NCBI GenBank assembly: GCA_024226515.1
Contig: JAAELQ010000057.1
Location: forward strand, 12,723 to 76,722
Source: a bacterium
GTDB lineage: Bacteria; Acidobacteriota; Polarisedimenticolia; Polarisedimenticolales; Polarisedimenticolaceae
DNA length: 64,000 bases
Reading direction: 5' to 3'
The translations under genes were made by a program, and so were the position numbers. Within the stretch, counting starts at the first letter, position 1, and each line of letters opens with the position of its first letter. Positions 26,408-34,314 of the stretch are shown piece by piece. Below the pieces are notes generated by a model, which saw only the letters and a list, made by a program, of their open reading frames with translations, was not told the origin of the DNA and did not search any database.

Positions 26408-27271
26408 ATGAAGATCGATGTCCTGGCCCTGGATCTGGAGGGGACGCTGATCTCCAACGCGATGAGCCAGATCGCGAGGCCCGGTCTGGGTGAGTTTCTC
26501 GATTTCTGCGCCGTGTCCTTCCCGCGAGTCGTCATCTACACCGCTGTGTCGGAGGACCGCTTTCGGGACATCGCGCAGGTGCTGATCGACGAGGGGACGG
26601 TGCCCGCGTGGTTCGACAGCCTCGAGTATGTCGCGTGGGACGGGAGCGTGAAGGACCTGCGCGCGATCCCGGATGCGGATCCGCTACGGACTCTTCTCGT
26701 CGACGACTATCCGCCCTACGTGCACACGTCACAGCGGGGGCAGTGGATTGCGGTCCATCCGTTCGACGCGCCCTATACGGACGAGGACGACGAACTGGGT
26801 CGCGTGCGCGCCGCCCTGGAGCCGATGGCGACCCGGTTGTCGACGCCACTTCTGGCGACCGGCGTGTTGCAGCGTCGCACGCATCGTCAGGCCTCGGCGA
26901 TTCCGTGTCGCTCCGGACCGGGCGGCGCGGAGATCCTGCTCGTCACATCAAACGGCGGACGGTGGATCCTGCCCAAGGGCATCGTCGACCCCGGCGACTC
27001 GCCGGCACAGACGGCCGAGCAGGAGGCGCTGGAAGAAGCGGGCGTTGTCGGTACGGCCCTTGCCGAGCCGTTCGCGGCCTACGAGTACACGAAACGCGCC
27101 ATGCGACTCTGGGTGCTGGTCTACCTGTTGCCGGTCGAACAGTCGCTCTCCGATTGGGATGAATCCCGATTACGGATGAGACGTTGGGTGACGGTCGACG
27201 AGGCGCTGAGGCTCGTCGACCGACACCAGATTCGCGCGGTCATCGGACGCTTCGCCGAGAATCCGCGGTAG
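26408..27271 (+). CDS. Fusion protein: N-terminal NIF/FCP1-like HAD phosphatase domain plus C-terminal Nudix hydrolase domain
   Basis: The N-terminus is MKIDVLALDLEGTLISN (HAD motif I with DLEGT in place of DxDxT) ...LLVDDYP. The C-terminal part carries a near-canonical Nudix box, GIVDPGDSPAQTAEQEALEEAGV. The upstream 223 codons of the track ORF overlap the opposite-strand OMP gene. Confidence 0.75.
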   Translation: MKIDVLALDLEGTLISNAMSQIARPGLGEFLDFCAVSFPRVVIYTAVSEDRFRDIAQVLIDEGTVPAWFDSLEYVAWDGSVKDLRAIPDADPLRTLLVDDYPPYVHTSQRGQWIAVHPFDAPYTDEDDELGRVRAALEPMATRLSTPLLATGVLQRRTHRQASAIPCRSGPGGAEILLVTSNGGRWILPKGIVDPGDSPAQTAEQEALEEAGVVGTALAEPFAAYEYTKRAMRLWVLVYLLPVEQSLSDWDESRLRMRRWVTVDEALRLVDRHQIRAVIGRFAENPR

Positions 27272-27276
27272 CTTCG

Positions 27277-29076
27277 CTACAGCCGCGAGACCAGCATCTC
27301 GCGCTCGAAGATCAACTCCTTCGGCAGATGATCGCTCAGCTCGAGGAACAACTCCTCGTGCTGCATCGTCTGTTGCTTCCAGGTCTCGCGATCGACGAGC
27401 ATCACCTCGTCCCACACCTCGCGCGGGAAGTCGAGGCCGTCCCAGCGGATGTCCTCGAAGCGCGGCTCCCAACCGATCGCCGTCTCCTTGGCCTTGGCGC
27501 CGAAGCGCGAGCGCTCGACGATCCACTCGAGGATGCGCATGTTCTCGCAGAAGCCGGGCCACAGGAACTCGCCGTCGGCGTTCTTGCGGAACCAGTTGAC
27601 GTGGAAGAAGCGGGGCAGCTCGGTCAGGCGCTTGCCCGTCTTGATCCAGTGCCGGAAGTAGTCGCCCATGTGATAGCCGCAGAACGGCAGCATCGCCATC
27701 GGGTCGCGGCGGATCTTGCCCACCGCTCCGGTCGCGGCCGCCGTGGTCTCCGAGGCCACGGTCGCTCCGAGGTACACGCCGTGGTTCCAGTTGAAGGCCT
27801 GGTACACGAGCGGCGTCGTCGTGGTGCGCCGCCCGCCGAAGACGAAGGCGCTGATCGGCACGCCTGCAGGGTCTTCCCACGCCGGGTCGATCGTCGGGCA
27901 CTGCACCGCCGGCGCGGTGAAGCGGGCGTTGGGGTGCGACGAGAGCCGGCCGCAGTCCGGCGTCCAGTCCTCGCCCTTCCAATCGATCAGGTGCTTCGGC
28001 GGCTCCTGGGTCATGCCTTCCCACCAGACGTCGCCCTCGTCCGTCAGTGCGACGTTTGTGAAGATCGAGTTCTCCTTCATCGACTCCATTGCGTTGGGGT
28101 TTGTGTCGTAGGATGTCCCCGGAGCGACGCCGAAGAAGCCGGCCTCCGGATTGATCGCGCGCAGCTTGCCGTTCTCGTCGGGCTTGATCCACGCGATGTC
28201 GTCGCCGACGGTCGAGATCTTCCATCCCTTGTAAGCGTCGGGCGGCACGAGCATGGCGAAGTTCGTCTTGCCGCAGGCGCTGGGGAAGGCCGCGGCGACG
28301 TAGGTCGTCTGCTTGCCGGGCGAGGTGACGCCCATGATCAGCATGTGTTCGGCCAGCCAGCCTTCGTCGCGAGCCATCGTCGAGGCGATGCGCAGTGCGA
28401 AGCACTTCTTCCCGAGCAGCGCGTTGCCGCCGTAGCCGCTGCCGTAGGACCAGATCTCGCGATCCTCGGGGAAGTGGACGATGTACTTCTGCTCGCCGTT
28501 ACAGGGCCACGAAACGTCCTTCTGTCCCGCTTGCAGCGGCATGCCGACCGAGTGCACGCAGGGCACGAACGCTCCGCCGCCGAGGACGTCGAGCACCTTG
28601 CTGCCCATGCGCGTCATGATCTTCATGTTGACCACGACGTAGGGCGAGTCGGTGATCTGAATGCCGATGTGGGCGATCGGCGAGCCCAGCGGACCCATGC
28701 TGAACGGGATCACGTACAGCGTGCGGCCCTCCATGCAGCCGCGGAACAGCTTCTTCAGCGTGCCCTTCATCTCGATCGGATCGATCCAGTGGTTCGTCGG
28801 ACCGGCGTCGTCCGGGTTCGTGCAACAGATGAACGTGCGATCCTCGACGCGGGCCACGTCGGCCGGGTCCGAGCGACAGAGGAAGCTGTTGGGGCGCAAG
28901 CTCTCGTCGAGCTTGGTAAACGTCCCGGTCTCGACCATCCGGGCGCACAGCTCGTCGTACTCCTTCTGCGAGCCGTCGCACCAGTGGATCTGATCCGGCC
29001 GACAGAGCTTGGTCATCTTGTCGACCCAGCTCAGCAGTTTCTTGTTCGAGGTTCGTGCGCGAGTCTCCACGGCCAT
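27277..29076 (-). CDS. pckG: Phosphoenolpyruvate carboxykinase (GTP)
   Basis: 599 aa with GGAGGA 4 nt upstream. Full-length similarity to GTP-PEPCK is recognisable (...[19 protein letters not shown]..., FPSACGKTN kinase-1a/P-loop, [12 protein letters not shown]...FLWPGF). Confidence 0.97.
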   Translation of the reverse strand: MAVETRARTSNKKLLSWVDKMTKLCRPDQIHWCDGSQKEYDELCARMVETGTFTKLDESLRPNSFLCRSDPADVARVEDRTFICCTNPDDAGPTNHWIDPIEMKGTLKKLFRGCMEGRTLYVIPFSMGPLGSPIAHIGIQITDSPYVVVNMKIMTRMGSKVLDVLGGGAFVPCVHSVGMPLQAGQKDVSWPCNGEQKYIVHFPEDREIWSYGSGYGGNALLGKKCFALRIASTMARDEGWLAEHMLIMGVTSPGKQTTYVAAAFPSACGKTNFAMLVPPDAYKGWKISTVGDDIAWIKPDENGKLRAINPEAGFFGVAPGTSYDTNPNAMESMKENSIFTNVALTDEGDVWWEGMTQEPPKHLIDWKGEDWTPDCGRLSSHPNARFTAPAVQCPTIDPAWEDPAGVPISAFVFGGRRTTTTPLVYQAFNWNHGVYLGATVASETTAAATGAVGKIRRDPMAMLPFCGYHMGDYFRHWIKTGKRLTELPRFFHVNWFRKNADGEFLWPGFCENMRILEWIVERSRFGAKAKETAIGWEPRFEDIRWDGLDFPREVWDEVMLVDRETWKQQTMQHEELFLELSDHLPKELIFEREMLVSRL

Positions 29077-29262
29077 GATGTCCTCCGTAATGGTCGAGGT
29101 CGGGCAACCGGTTGACGCCCCGAGTCGACACGGCTCCAGCGTGCGGCCGGCTCTACCGATCCTCTATTAATGTGGTAGCACCGGGGGGGCAGGGGGAACA
29201 GGCACGATAACTGACCGTTCCGGTCCCTGCGCCGGCTTGCATCGGTTGTATTCCCGTCACTT

Positions 29263-29280
29263 CTCGGGGTTAACCCCGAG
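29263..29280. promoter_or_regulatory. Perfect 18-bp palindrome in the divergent pckG / metalloprotease intergenic region
   Basis: CTCGGGGTTAACCCCGAG equals its own reverse complement. It lies 81 bp upstream of the GTG at 29361 and 187 bp upstream of the pckG ATG. It could be a dimeric regulator site, or a 7-bp stem with TTAA loop in RNA. Confidence 0.3.
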
Positions 29281-29360
29281 GGCCACGGGTGGGCGTTGCT
29301 CGTATACTCCCGGCGTCGTCGACAGGACCGCTCACTCTCCAGCGTCAGGAGGCGAACCCC

Positions 29361-32300
29361 GTGGGAAGCAAGCCGTTCGCGAATCGCGCGCTCCGTCTCG
29401 GAGTCGGTCTCGCCGTGACCTCGGTCGTGTGCGTGAGCGCCGTCCTCTCTGCCGGCCCGGACCCGACGCCTGAGGGCTTCGAGCGGCTCGCCAGGTCACG
29501 AAGTGGGTCCGTGGTCGCCGTGGCTCCGCGCAGCGTGGACGACTTGCCGGCCGCGGACGTCCTGCGCGCCGGCTGGCAGGCCTTTCGCCGGCGCCACCCC
29601 GGCGCCTGGAAGGTCTACCTGGACGAGCGCAGCGCGCTGCCCACGCTCGTCTCCGGCGCCGGGATTCGCGTGGCTGCGCCAGCGGACTCGTCGCCGACGG
29701 ACCTGGAGCAGCACCTGCGCGCCTTCGTCGACGCCAATCGCGACCTGCTGGACCCCTGGGGGGGGACCATGGCGCTGGACGAGGACGCCAGCGCCGAGCT
29801 GCGTCCCGGCCACCGGCAGCTCGTCTTTCGCCAGTCGGTTGACGGCGTGCTCGTCGAGAACTCCCGCTTCGACTTCCACGTCGTCGACGGCAAGCTGACG
29901 CTGTTCGGCGCGTCCAGGTGGGGCGCCCCGACCGTCGGCGGCGTGCCTGCGATCGCGGCCGACGAGGCCGCGGATCTGCTCGACGCCTACCTTCGCGGCG
30001 CCTCCGCGAGCCTCGAGCCGGTCGGGGAACCGCGGCTGGTGCTGCTGGCGCGGGACGCCGACCCGACGGTCGAGCGCAGTCCCAAGCGCTGGGTCGGGGC
30101 GCGCGGCGCGGGCCTGTCGCACACGCTCGTGTGGCGGCTGCGCTACCGCGAGGCCAGAGGACCGGAAAGCTGGATCGCGGAGGTCGACGCCCACGACGGT
30201 CGCGTGCTCGCCTTCTTCGACGACACGCGGCACCACGCGGTCCGCGGCGGCGTCCTGCCCGAGTCACCGGATGAGGGCTGCACGTCCGGTGGGTGCGAGA
30301 TCGCCGGCTTCCCGATGCCGTTCGCCGACTGGACCGAGGACGGGCAGGCGACGGAGAGCGCCGACGCGTTCGGCAACCTGGCCTGCGTCGATCCGCAGGC
30401 GACGTTCGAGACGGCGCTGAGCGGGCCGTACTTCGAGGTCGACGACGATTGCGGCCCCGTTCTGGCGAGCGGGGGCTGCGCGGACGGGATCGATCTCGGA
30501 CTGCGCGCGGGCGAGAATTGCGAGGTCGCGCCCGGCTCGTCCCCGGGGAACACCGTCGCCGCGCGCAGCGCCTATTACCACGCCAACCGCGTGGCCGAGG
30601 TCGCGCGCTTCTACAATCCGGGCAACGCGTACCTCAACGAGCCGGTGCGGATCAACACCAACTGGAACCAGCACTGCAACGCCTCGTACGGCAACGGGGG
30701 CATCTACCTCTACCGCGCCGGGACGAGCTGGGCCGAGTGCGCCAACAGCGGCGAGATCCAGGGCATCATCGTCCACGAGTGGGGCCATGGCTACGACGAG
30801 AACGACGGCGGGGGCTGGGACCGGACCTCCGAGGCCTACGGCGACATCGTCGCCATGCTCGCCTCGCGCCAGTCCTGCTTCGGGCCGGGGTTGTTCCTGG
30901 ACGGCCGCACCTGCTCGGGCTCCGGCGACGCGTGCCTGACCTGCACCGGCTTCCGCGATCACGACTGGGCGGCGCGCCAGGCCAACACTCCCGCCACGCC
31001 GCAGGTGTTCGTGCAGAACAATTGCCTCCCCGGTACGGGGGACTCGCCCTGCGGCGGGCAGGTCCACTGCGAGTCCTATCCGATCGACGAGTCGATCTTC
31101 GACCTGGCGACCAGGGACCTGCCGGCCTCCGGGATGGACGCCGATTCGGCGTGGCAGCTCGTCGAGCGGCTGTGGTACACGACGCGCGCCGGATCCGGCG
31201 GGGACATCTACAACTGCGCCCTGCCCAGCTCCGACAGCTGCGGCGCCGGTAGCTGGTACCAGCGCATGCGCGTGGCCGACGACGACGACGCCGACCTGTC
31301 GAACGGCACGCCGCACGCCGCCGCGCTGTACGCGGCCTTCGCACGGCACAACATCGCGTGCGGACTACCGGGCGACCCCGAGAACCAGAGCACGTCTTCC
31401 TGCCCGGCGCTGACACAGCCCGCGCTGACGGTAGACGAGACGGGCGCGACGCCGCAGCTCGGGTGGAGTCCCGTGGCGAACGCGGCCGAGTACCTCGTGT
31501 TGCGCGGCGACCTCGGCTGCGACAAGCAGCAGGTGCCCGTCGAGGTCCTGCCTGCGCCGACGACGACCTGGGACGACACGCTGCCGGATCCCGGCGTCGC
31601 GCGCGCCTACCGCGTGCAGGCGATCGGCTCGAACGCCGCCTGCCGCAGCGCGGTGTCCAACTGCGAGCTCGCCGGGGGCGGGCCGCGGCTGCAGCTCAAC
31701 GCCTACTCCGTGCTGGAGGAGGGCAACAACATCAACGGCAACGGCGTCGCCGACCCGGGGGAGACCGTGCGCATCCCCGCGACGCTGTTCAACGGCGGCT
31801 CCGCCGACGCCGAATCCGTGAGCGGACGCCTGCGCACGGTCGACCCCGCGCAGGGACGCGTCGTCGAACCGGTCGCGCCGTATCCGGATCTTGCCGTCGG
31901 TGAGGCCGCAGACTCCTCACAGCCGCACTTCGAGCTGACGTTGTTCGAGTCCGGACCCTCGTGCGGGGACCGCGTCGAGCTGGAGCTCGACATGGAGGCC
32001 GACGGCGCCTCGACCCGCCGCAGTCGAATCGAACTGCAGCTGGGTAGCTTCGAGGGAGAGTTCGTCAAGGTCGACGGGCAGACGATCCCGATCGTCACCC
32101 AGCAGCCCGTCCTGTCCACGCTGGAAGTGCTCGAGGCTCACCTGATCGACGATCTCGACATCACGGTCGAGATCGGCCACTCCTACGTGCACGAGCTGAC
32201 AGTCGATCTCACCTCGCCGCAGAACACGACGGTCCGTCTGCACGCGAACAGCTCCGGCGGACCGGGGCCCTCCACGCGCTACGACCTGTTCGCCCAGCCG

Positions 32301-32738
32301 GACGGCCCGGGCTCGATGGCCGACTTCAACGGCGAGTCGACGCTGGGCACGTGGACCCTGTCGGTCGAGGACAACGGTTTCTCCGGTCCCAACACCGGCA
32401 CGCTTCACGGATTCACGCTTCACGTGAGCTCGCCCGACGCGTTCGGCTGCACGGTCTCGCCGTGCCCCGAGCCGACACCGACGGAGGCCCCGCAGGGGCT
32501 CCTCGTCGACAAGCTCCACGGCGGGGGAGGCATCGACATCGTCTTCGACTGGTCGCCCGTGGGGGCGGCCGCCGGCTACCACGTGCTGGGCGCCCCGGGG
32601 CCGGAGTTCCAGTCGGCAGTCGATCTCGTGGGCCGGACGGACGGAGCGACGACATTGACCGTGGGGCAAGCCGCGGGGCCGCAGGTGACCTTCTACCAGG
32701 TGCGGGCGGTCAACGGCTGCAGCCAGGAATCCCCCTGA
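29361..32738 (+). CDS. Secreted HExxH zinc metalloprotease with propeptide-like N-region, P-domain and FN3-like C-terminal module
   Basis: The GTG at 29361 lies 8 nt after AGGAGG (29347-29352). Signal peptide is VGSKPFANRALRLGVGLAVTSVVCVSAVLSAG. The zinc motif is IIVHEWGHGYD, with HEWGH at 30774-30788. A module at 31716..32045 is shared with the S8 protease. The P-domain is at 32130..32426 and the tail at 32448..32735. I cannot assign the MEROPS family by eye. Confidence 0.85.
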   Translation: MGSKPFANRALRLGVGLAVTSVVCVSAVLSAGPDPTPEGFERLARSRSGSVVAVAPRSVDDLPAADVLRAGWQAFRRRHPGAWKVYLDERSALPTLVSGAGIRVAAPADSSPTDLEQHLRAFVDANRDLLDPWGGTMALDEDASAELRPGHRQLVFRQSVDGVLVENSRFDFHVVDGKLTLFGASRWGAPTVGGVPAIAADEAADLLDAYLRGASASLEPVGEPRLVLLARDADPTVERSPKRWVGARGAGLSHTLVWRLRYREARGPESWIAEVDAHDGRVLAFFDDTRHHAVRGGVLPESPDEGCTSGGCEIAGFPMPFADWTEDGQATESADAFGNLACVDPQATFETALSGPYFEVDDDCGPVLASGGCADGIDLGLRAGENCEVAPGSSPGNTVAARSAYYHANRVAEVARFYNPGNAYLNEPVRINTNWNQHCNASYGNGGIYLYRAGTSWAECANSGEIQGIIVHEWGHGYDENDGGGWDRTSEAYGDIVAMLASRQSCFGPGLFLDGRTCSGSGDACLTCTGFRDHDWAARQANTPATPQVFVQNNCLPGTGDSPCGGQVHCESYPIDESIFDLATRDLPASGMDADSAWQLVERLWYTTRAGSGGDIYNCALPSSDSCGAGSWYQRMRVADDDDADLSNGTPHAAALYAAFARHNIACGLPGDPENQSTSSCPALTQPALTVDETGATPQLGWSPVANAAEYLVLRGDLGCDKQQVPVEVLPAPTTTWDDTLPDPGVARAYRVQAIGSNAACRSAVSNCELAGGGPRLQLNAYSVLEEGNNINGNGVADPGETVRIPATLFNGGSADAESVSGRLRTVDPAQGRVVEPVAPYPDLAVGEAADSSQPHFELTLFESGPSCGDRVELELDMEADGASTRRSRIELQLGSFEGEFVKVDGQTIPIVTQQPVLSTLEVLEAHLIDDLDITVEIGHSYVHELTVDLTSPQNTTVRLHANSSGGPGPSTRYDLFAQPDGPGSMADFNGESTLGTWTLSVEDNGFSGPNTGTLHGFTLHVSSPDAFGCTVSPCPEPTPTEAPQGLLVDKLHGGGGIDIVFDWSPVGAAAGYHVLGAPGPEFQSAVDLVGRTDGATTLTVGQAAGPQVTFYQVRAVNGCSQESP
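32130..32426 (+). other. Proprotein-convertase-type P-domain inside the metalloprotease
   Basis: The segment reads LEAHLIDDLDITVEIGHSYVHELTVDLTSPQNTTVRLHANSSGG...GSMADFNGESTLGTWTLSVEDNGFSGPNTGTLHGFTLHV. The same pattern occurs at about 85..420 in the truncated first gene. Confidence 0.7.
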
Positions 32739-32777
32739 TCGGGCGGATCCGTCGCCTGGACAATAAGAGGATCCCCC

Positions 32778-32808
32778 GGTAACAAGGGGGTAACATGGGC
32801 CGGGTAAC
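32778..32808 (+). promoter_or_regulatory. Three direct GGTAAC repeats upstream of the TPR-HK-RR::STK operon (candidate OmpR-type regulator boxes)
   Basis: GGTAAC occurs at 32778-32783, 32789-32794 and 32803-32808, with spacings of 11 and 14 bp; the last two are GGGTAAC. They lie 39-69 bp upstream of the ATG at 32847. A lone GGGTAAC also lies at 38491-38497 in the next divergent intergenic region. Confidence 0.3.
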
Positions 32809-32846
32809 GTCTCCTTCATCGGATTCAGCAAGAAGGAGGAGCTGCC

Positions 32847-34304
32847 ATGAATGCCCACAGAATCCCCGGATTGACGCGATGCCTGTTGTCCTCGCTGCTC
32901 GGACTGGCGGTCACGATCGCCGTGGCGGCCGACTCCACGGGAGAGCTGCTGGAGAAGGGGATCTACACCGAGGAGACGGTCGGGGACCTCTCCGCCGCGA
33001 TCGAGATCTACACCCGGGTCGTCGAGGACGCCGAGGCCAATCGTCCGCACGTCGCGCAGGCCCAGTTTCGTCTCGGGATGATCCACCTCAAGCGTGGCGA
33101 CGACGCCGCGGCCCGCGCCGCGTTCGAGAGCGTGGTACGCGATTACCCCGAACAGGAAGCGCTGGTCGCCGAGGCGCAGCAGCGACTCGCGGCGTTCCGC
33201 TCCACGCTCGACCTGCTGCCCGCGCCGTGGGAAGACGGCGAGTACCTGCAGTACAACGTGGCGATGCCGACCGGCAAGGTGATCGGGGCCGTGTTCACGG
33301 TCGCCCACTCGACCGAGGTCGACGGGATCGAAGCGTGGCTGCTCGAGTTGCGCAAGATGGTCATGTCGGCTGCCACGAATCAGGGCGTCAGTCAGGTCTA
33401 CGTCGATCGCGAGACGCTGCACCCGATCCGCAGCAGCATGCGCCACGGGCTCATGGGAAGTGCGGATGCGGTCTACGGGCCCGACCGCGTCGAAGTGAAG
33501 AACTCGCAGATGGACATCAACATCGATACGGACAACGTCGTGTTCGACAACGAACAGACGCTGCATCTGTTCCGCACCTTGCCTCTCGCGCCCGGGTATC
33601 GGGCCACGCTCAGCGTTCTGCCGACCTGGGTCGGCATCGAACTCGGCGTCGAGGTGGAGGTCACGGGTATCGAGACCTGTACCGTTCCCGCCGGAGAATT
33701 CGAGTGCTACGCCACGTCGATCAGTGTCGGCCCGACGCTGCAGAAGCTGTGGTTCTCGACGGACTCCGATCGCTACCTGCTGCGCCAGGAGGGCGGGGGC
33801 GTCAAGCTCGAGCTGGCCGAGATCGGACGCATCACTCCCGACCGGCCGGCGTCGTATGCCATCGAGGACTTCGGCGTTTCCGGGACGCTGCCCGAGGCGT
33901 GGGTCGGTTACGTGCATCGCCTGCCGCAGAAGCCGGATACCGTCATCGTGCGCGCCGGCGATCCGGATGCGGTGGCGGTCAACGTGATCGAGATCGATCG
34001 CTGTCCGCACGGCGAGTGCCCCGATCTGGAGCGCACCGCGCGCCGCGAGCTGGAGGGCGCGCAGAGACGTTTCGAGGACTACACGATGCGCGAGGGGAGC
34101 TGGACCGAAACGAATCTCGGCGGGCGCCGGACGATCGGCTTCGTCGGAGACTACCTGCAGGACGGAAAGCCCTGGGTCCAGTACCGCATGTACAGCTTCG
34201 CGGGCGATCTTCGCCTCGAGTTCATTTTCCGTTCGCCGGTGGAACGCTTCGAGCAGCTGCGCGCCGCGATGGACGCGGTGGCCGACAACCTCCGCGCAGA
34301 GTAA
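32847..34304 (+). CDS. Secreted TPR-repeat protein with C-terminal beta-rich domain (function unknown)
   Basis: AGGAGG lies 8 nt upstream. Signal peptide is MNAHRIPGLTRCLLSSLLGLAVTIAVAADS. The TPR-like N-terminus is LSAAIEIYTRVVEDAEANRPHVAQAQFRLGMIHLKRGDDAAARAAFESVVRDYP. It ends 10 nt before the histidine-kinase gene. Confidence 0.7.
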   Translation: MNAHRIPGLTRCLLSSLLGLAVTIAVAADSTGELLEKGIYTEETVGDLSAAIEIYTRVVEDAEANRPHVAQAQFRLGMIHLKRGDDAAARAAFESVVRDYPEQEALVAEAQQRLAAFRSTLDLLPAPWEDGEYLQYNVAMPTGKVIGAVFTVAHSTEVDGIEAWLLELRKMVMSAATNQGVSQVYVDRETLHPIRSSMRHGLMGSADAVYGPDRVEVKNSQMDINIDTDNVVFDNEQTLHLFRTLPLAPGYRATLSVLPTWVGIELGVEVEVTGIETCTVPAGEFECYATSISVGPTLQKLWFSTDSDRYLLRQEGGGVKLELAEIGRITPDRPASYAIEDFGVSGTLPEAWVGYVHRLPQKPDTVIVRAGDPDAVAVNVIEIDRCPHGECPDLERTARRELEGAQRRFEDYTMREGSWTETNLGGRRTIGFVGDYLQDGKPWVQYRMYSFAGDLRLEFIFRSPVERFEQLRAAMDAVADNLRAE

Positions 34305-34314
34305 CGGATCCACG

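Noticed and set aside
27268-27280. Hairpin GTAGC-TTC-GCTAC between the convergent NIF-Nudix and pckG genes as a bidirectional terminator
   Set aside because: It has only a 5-bp stem formed by the two stop codons (TAG/CTA) themselves and no U-tract. It is not convincing as a terminator.
27184-29115. 643-aa plus-strand ORF antisense to pckG
   Set aside because: The minus strand encodes a full-length GTP-PEPCK with a strong RBS. The plus-strand translation has no recognisable features.
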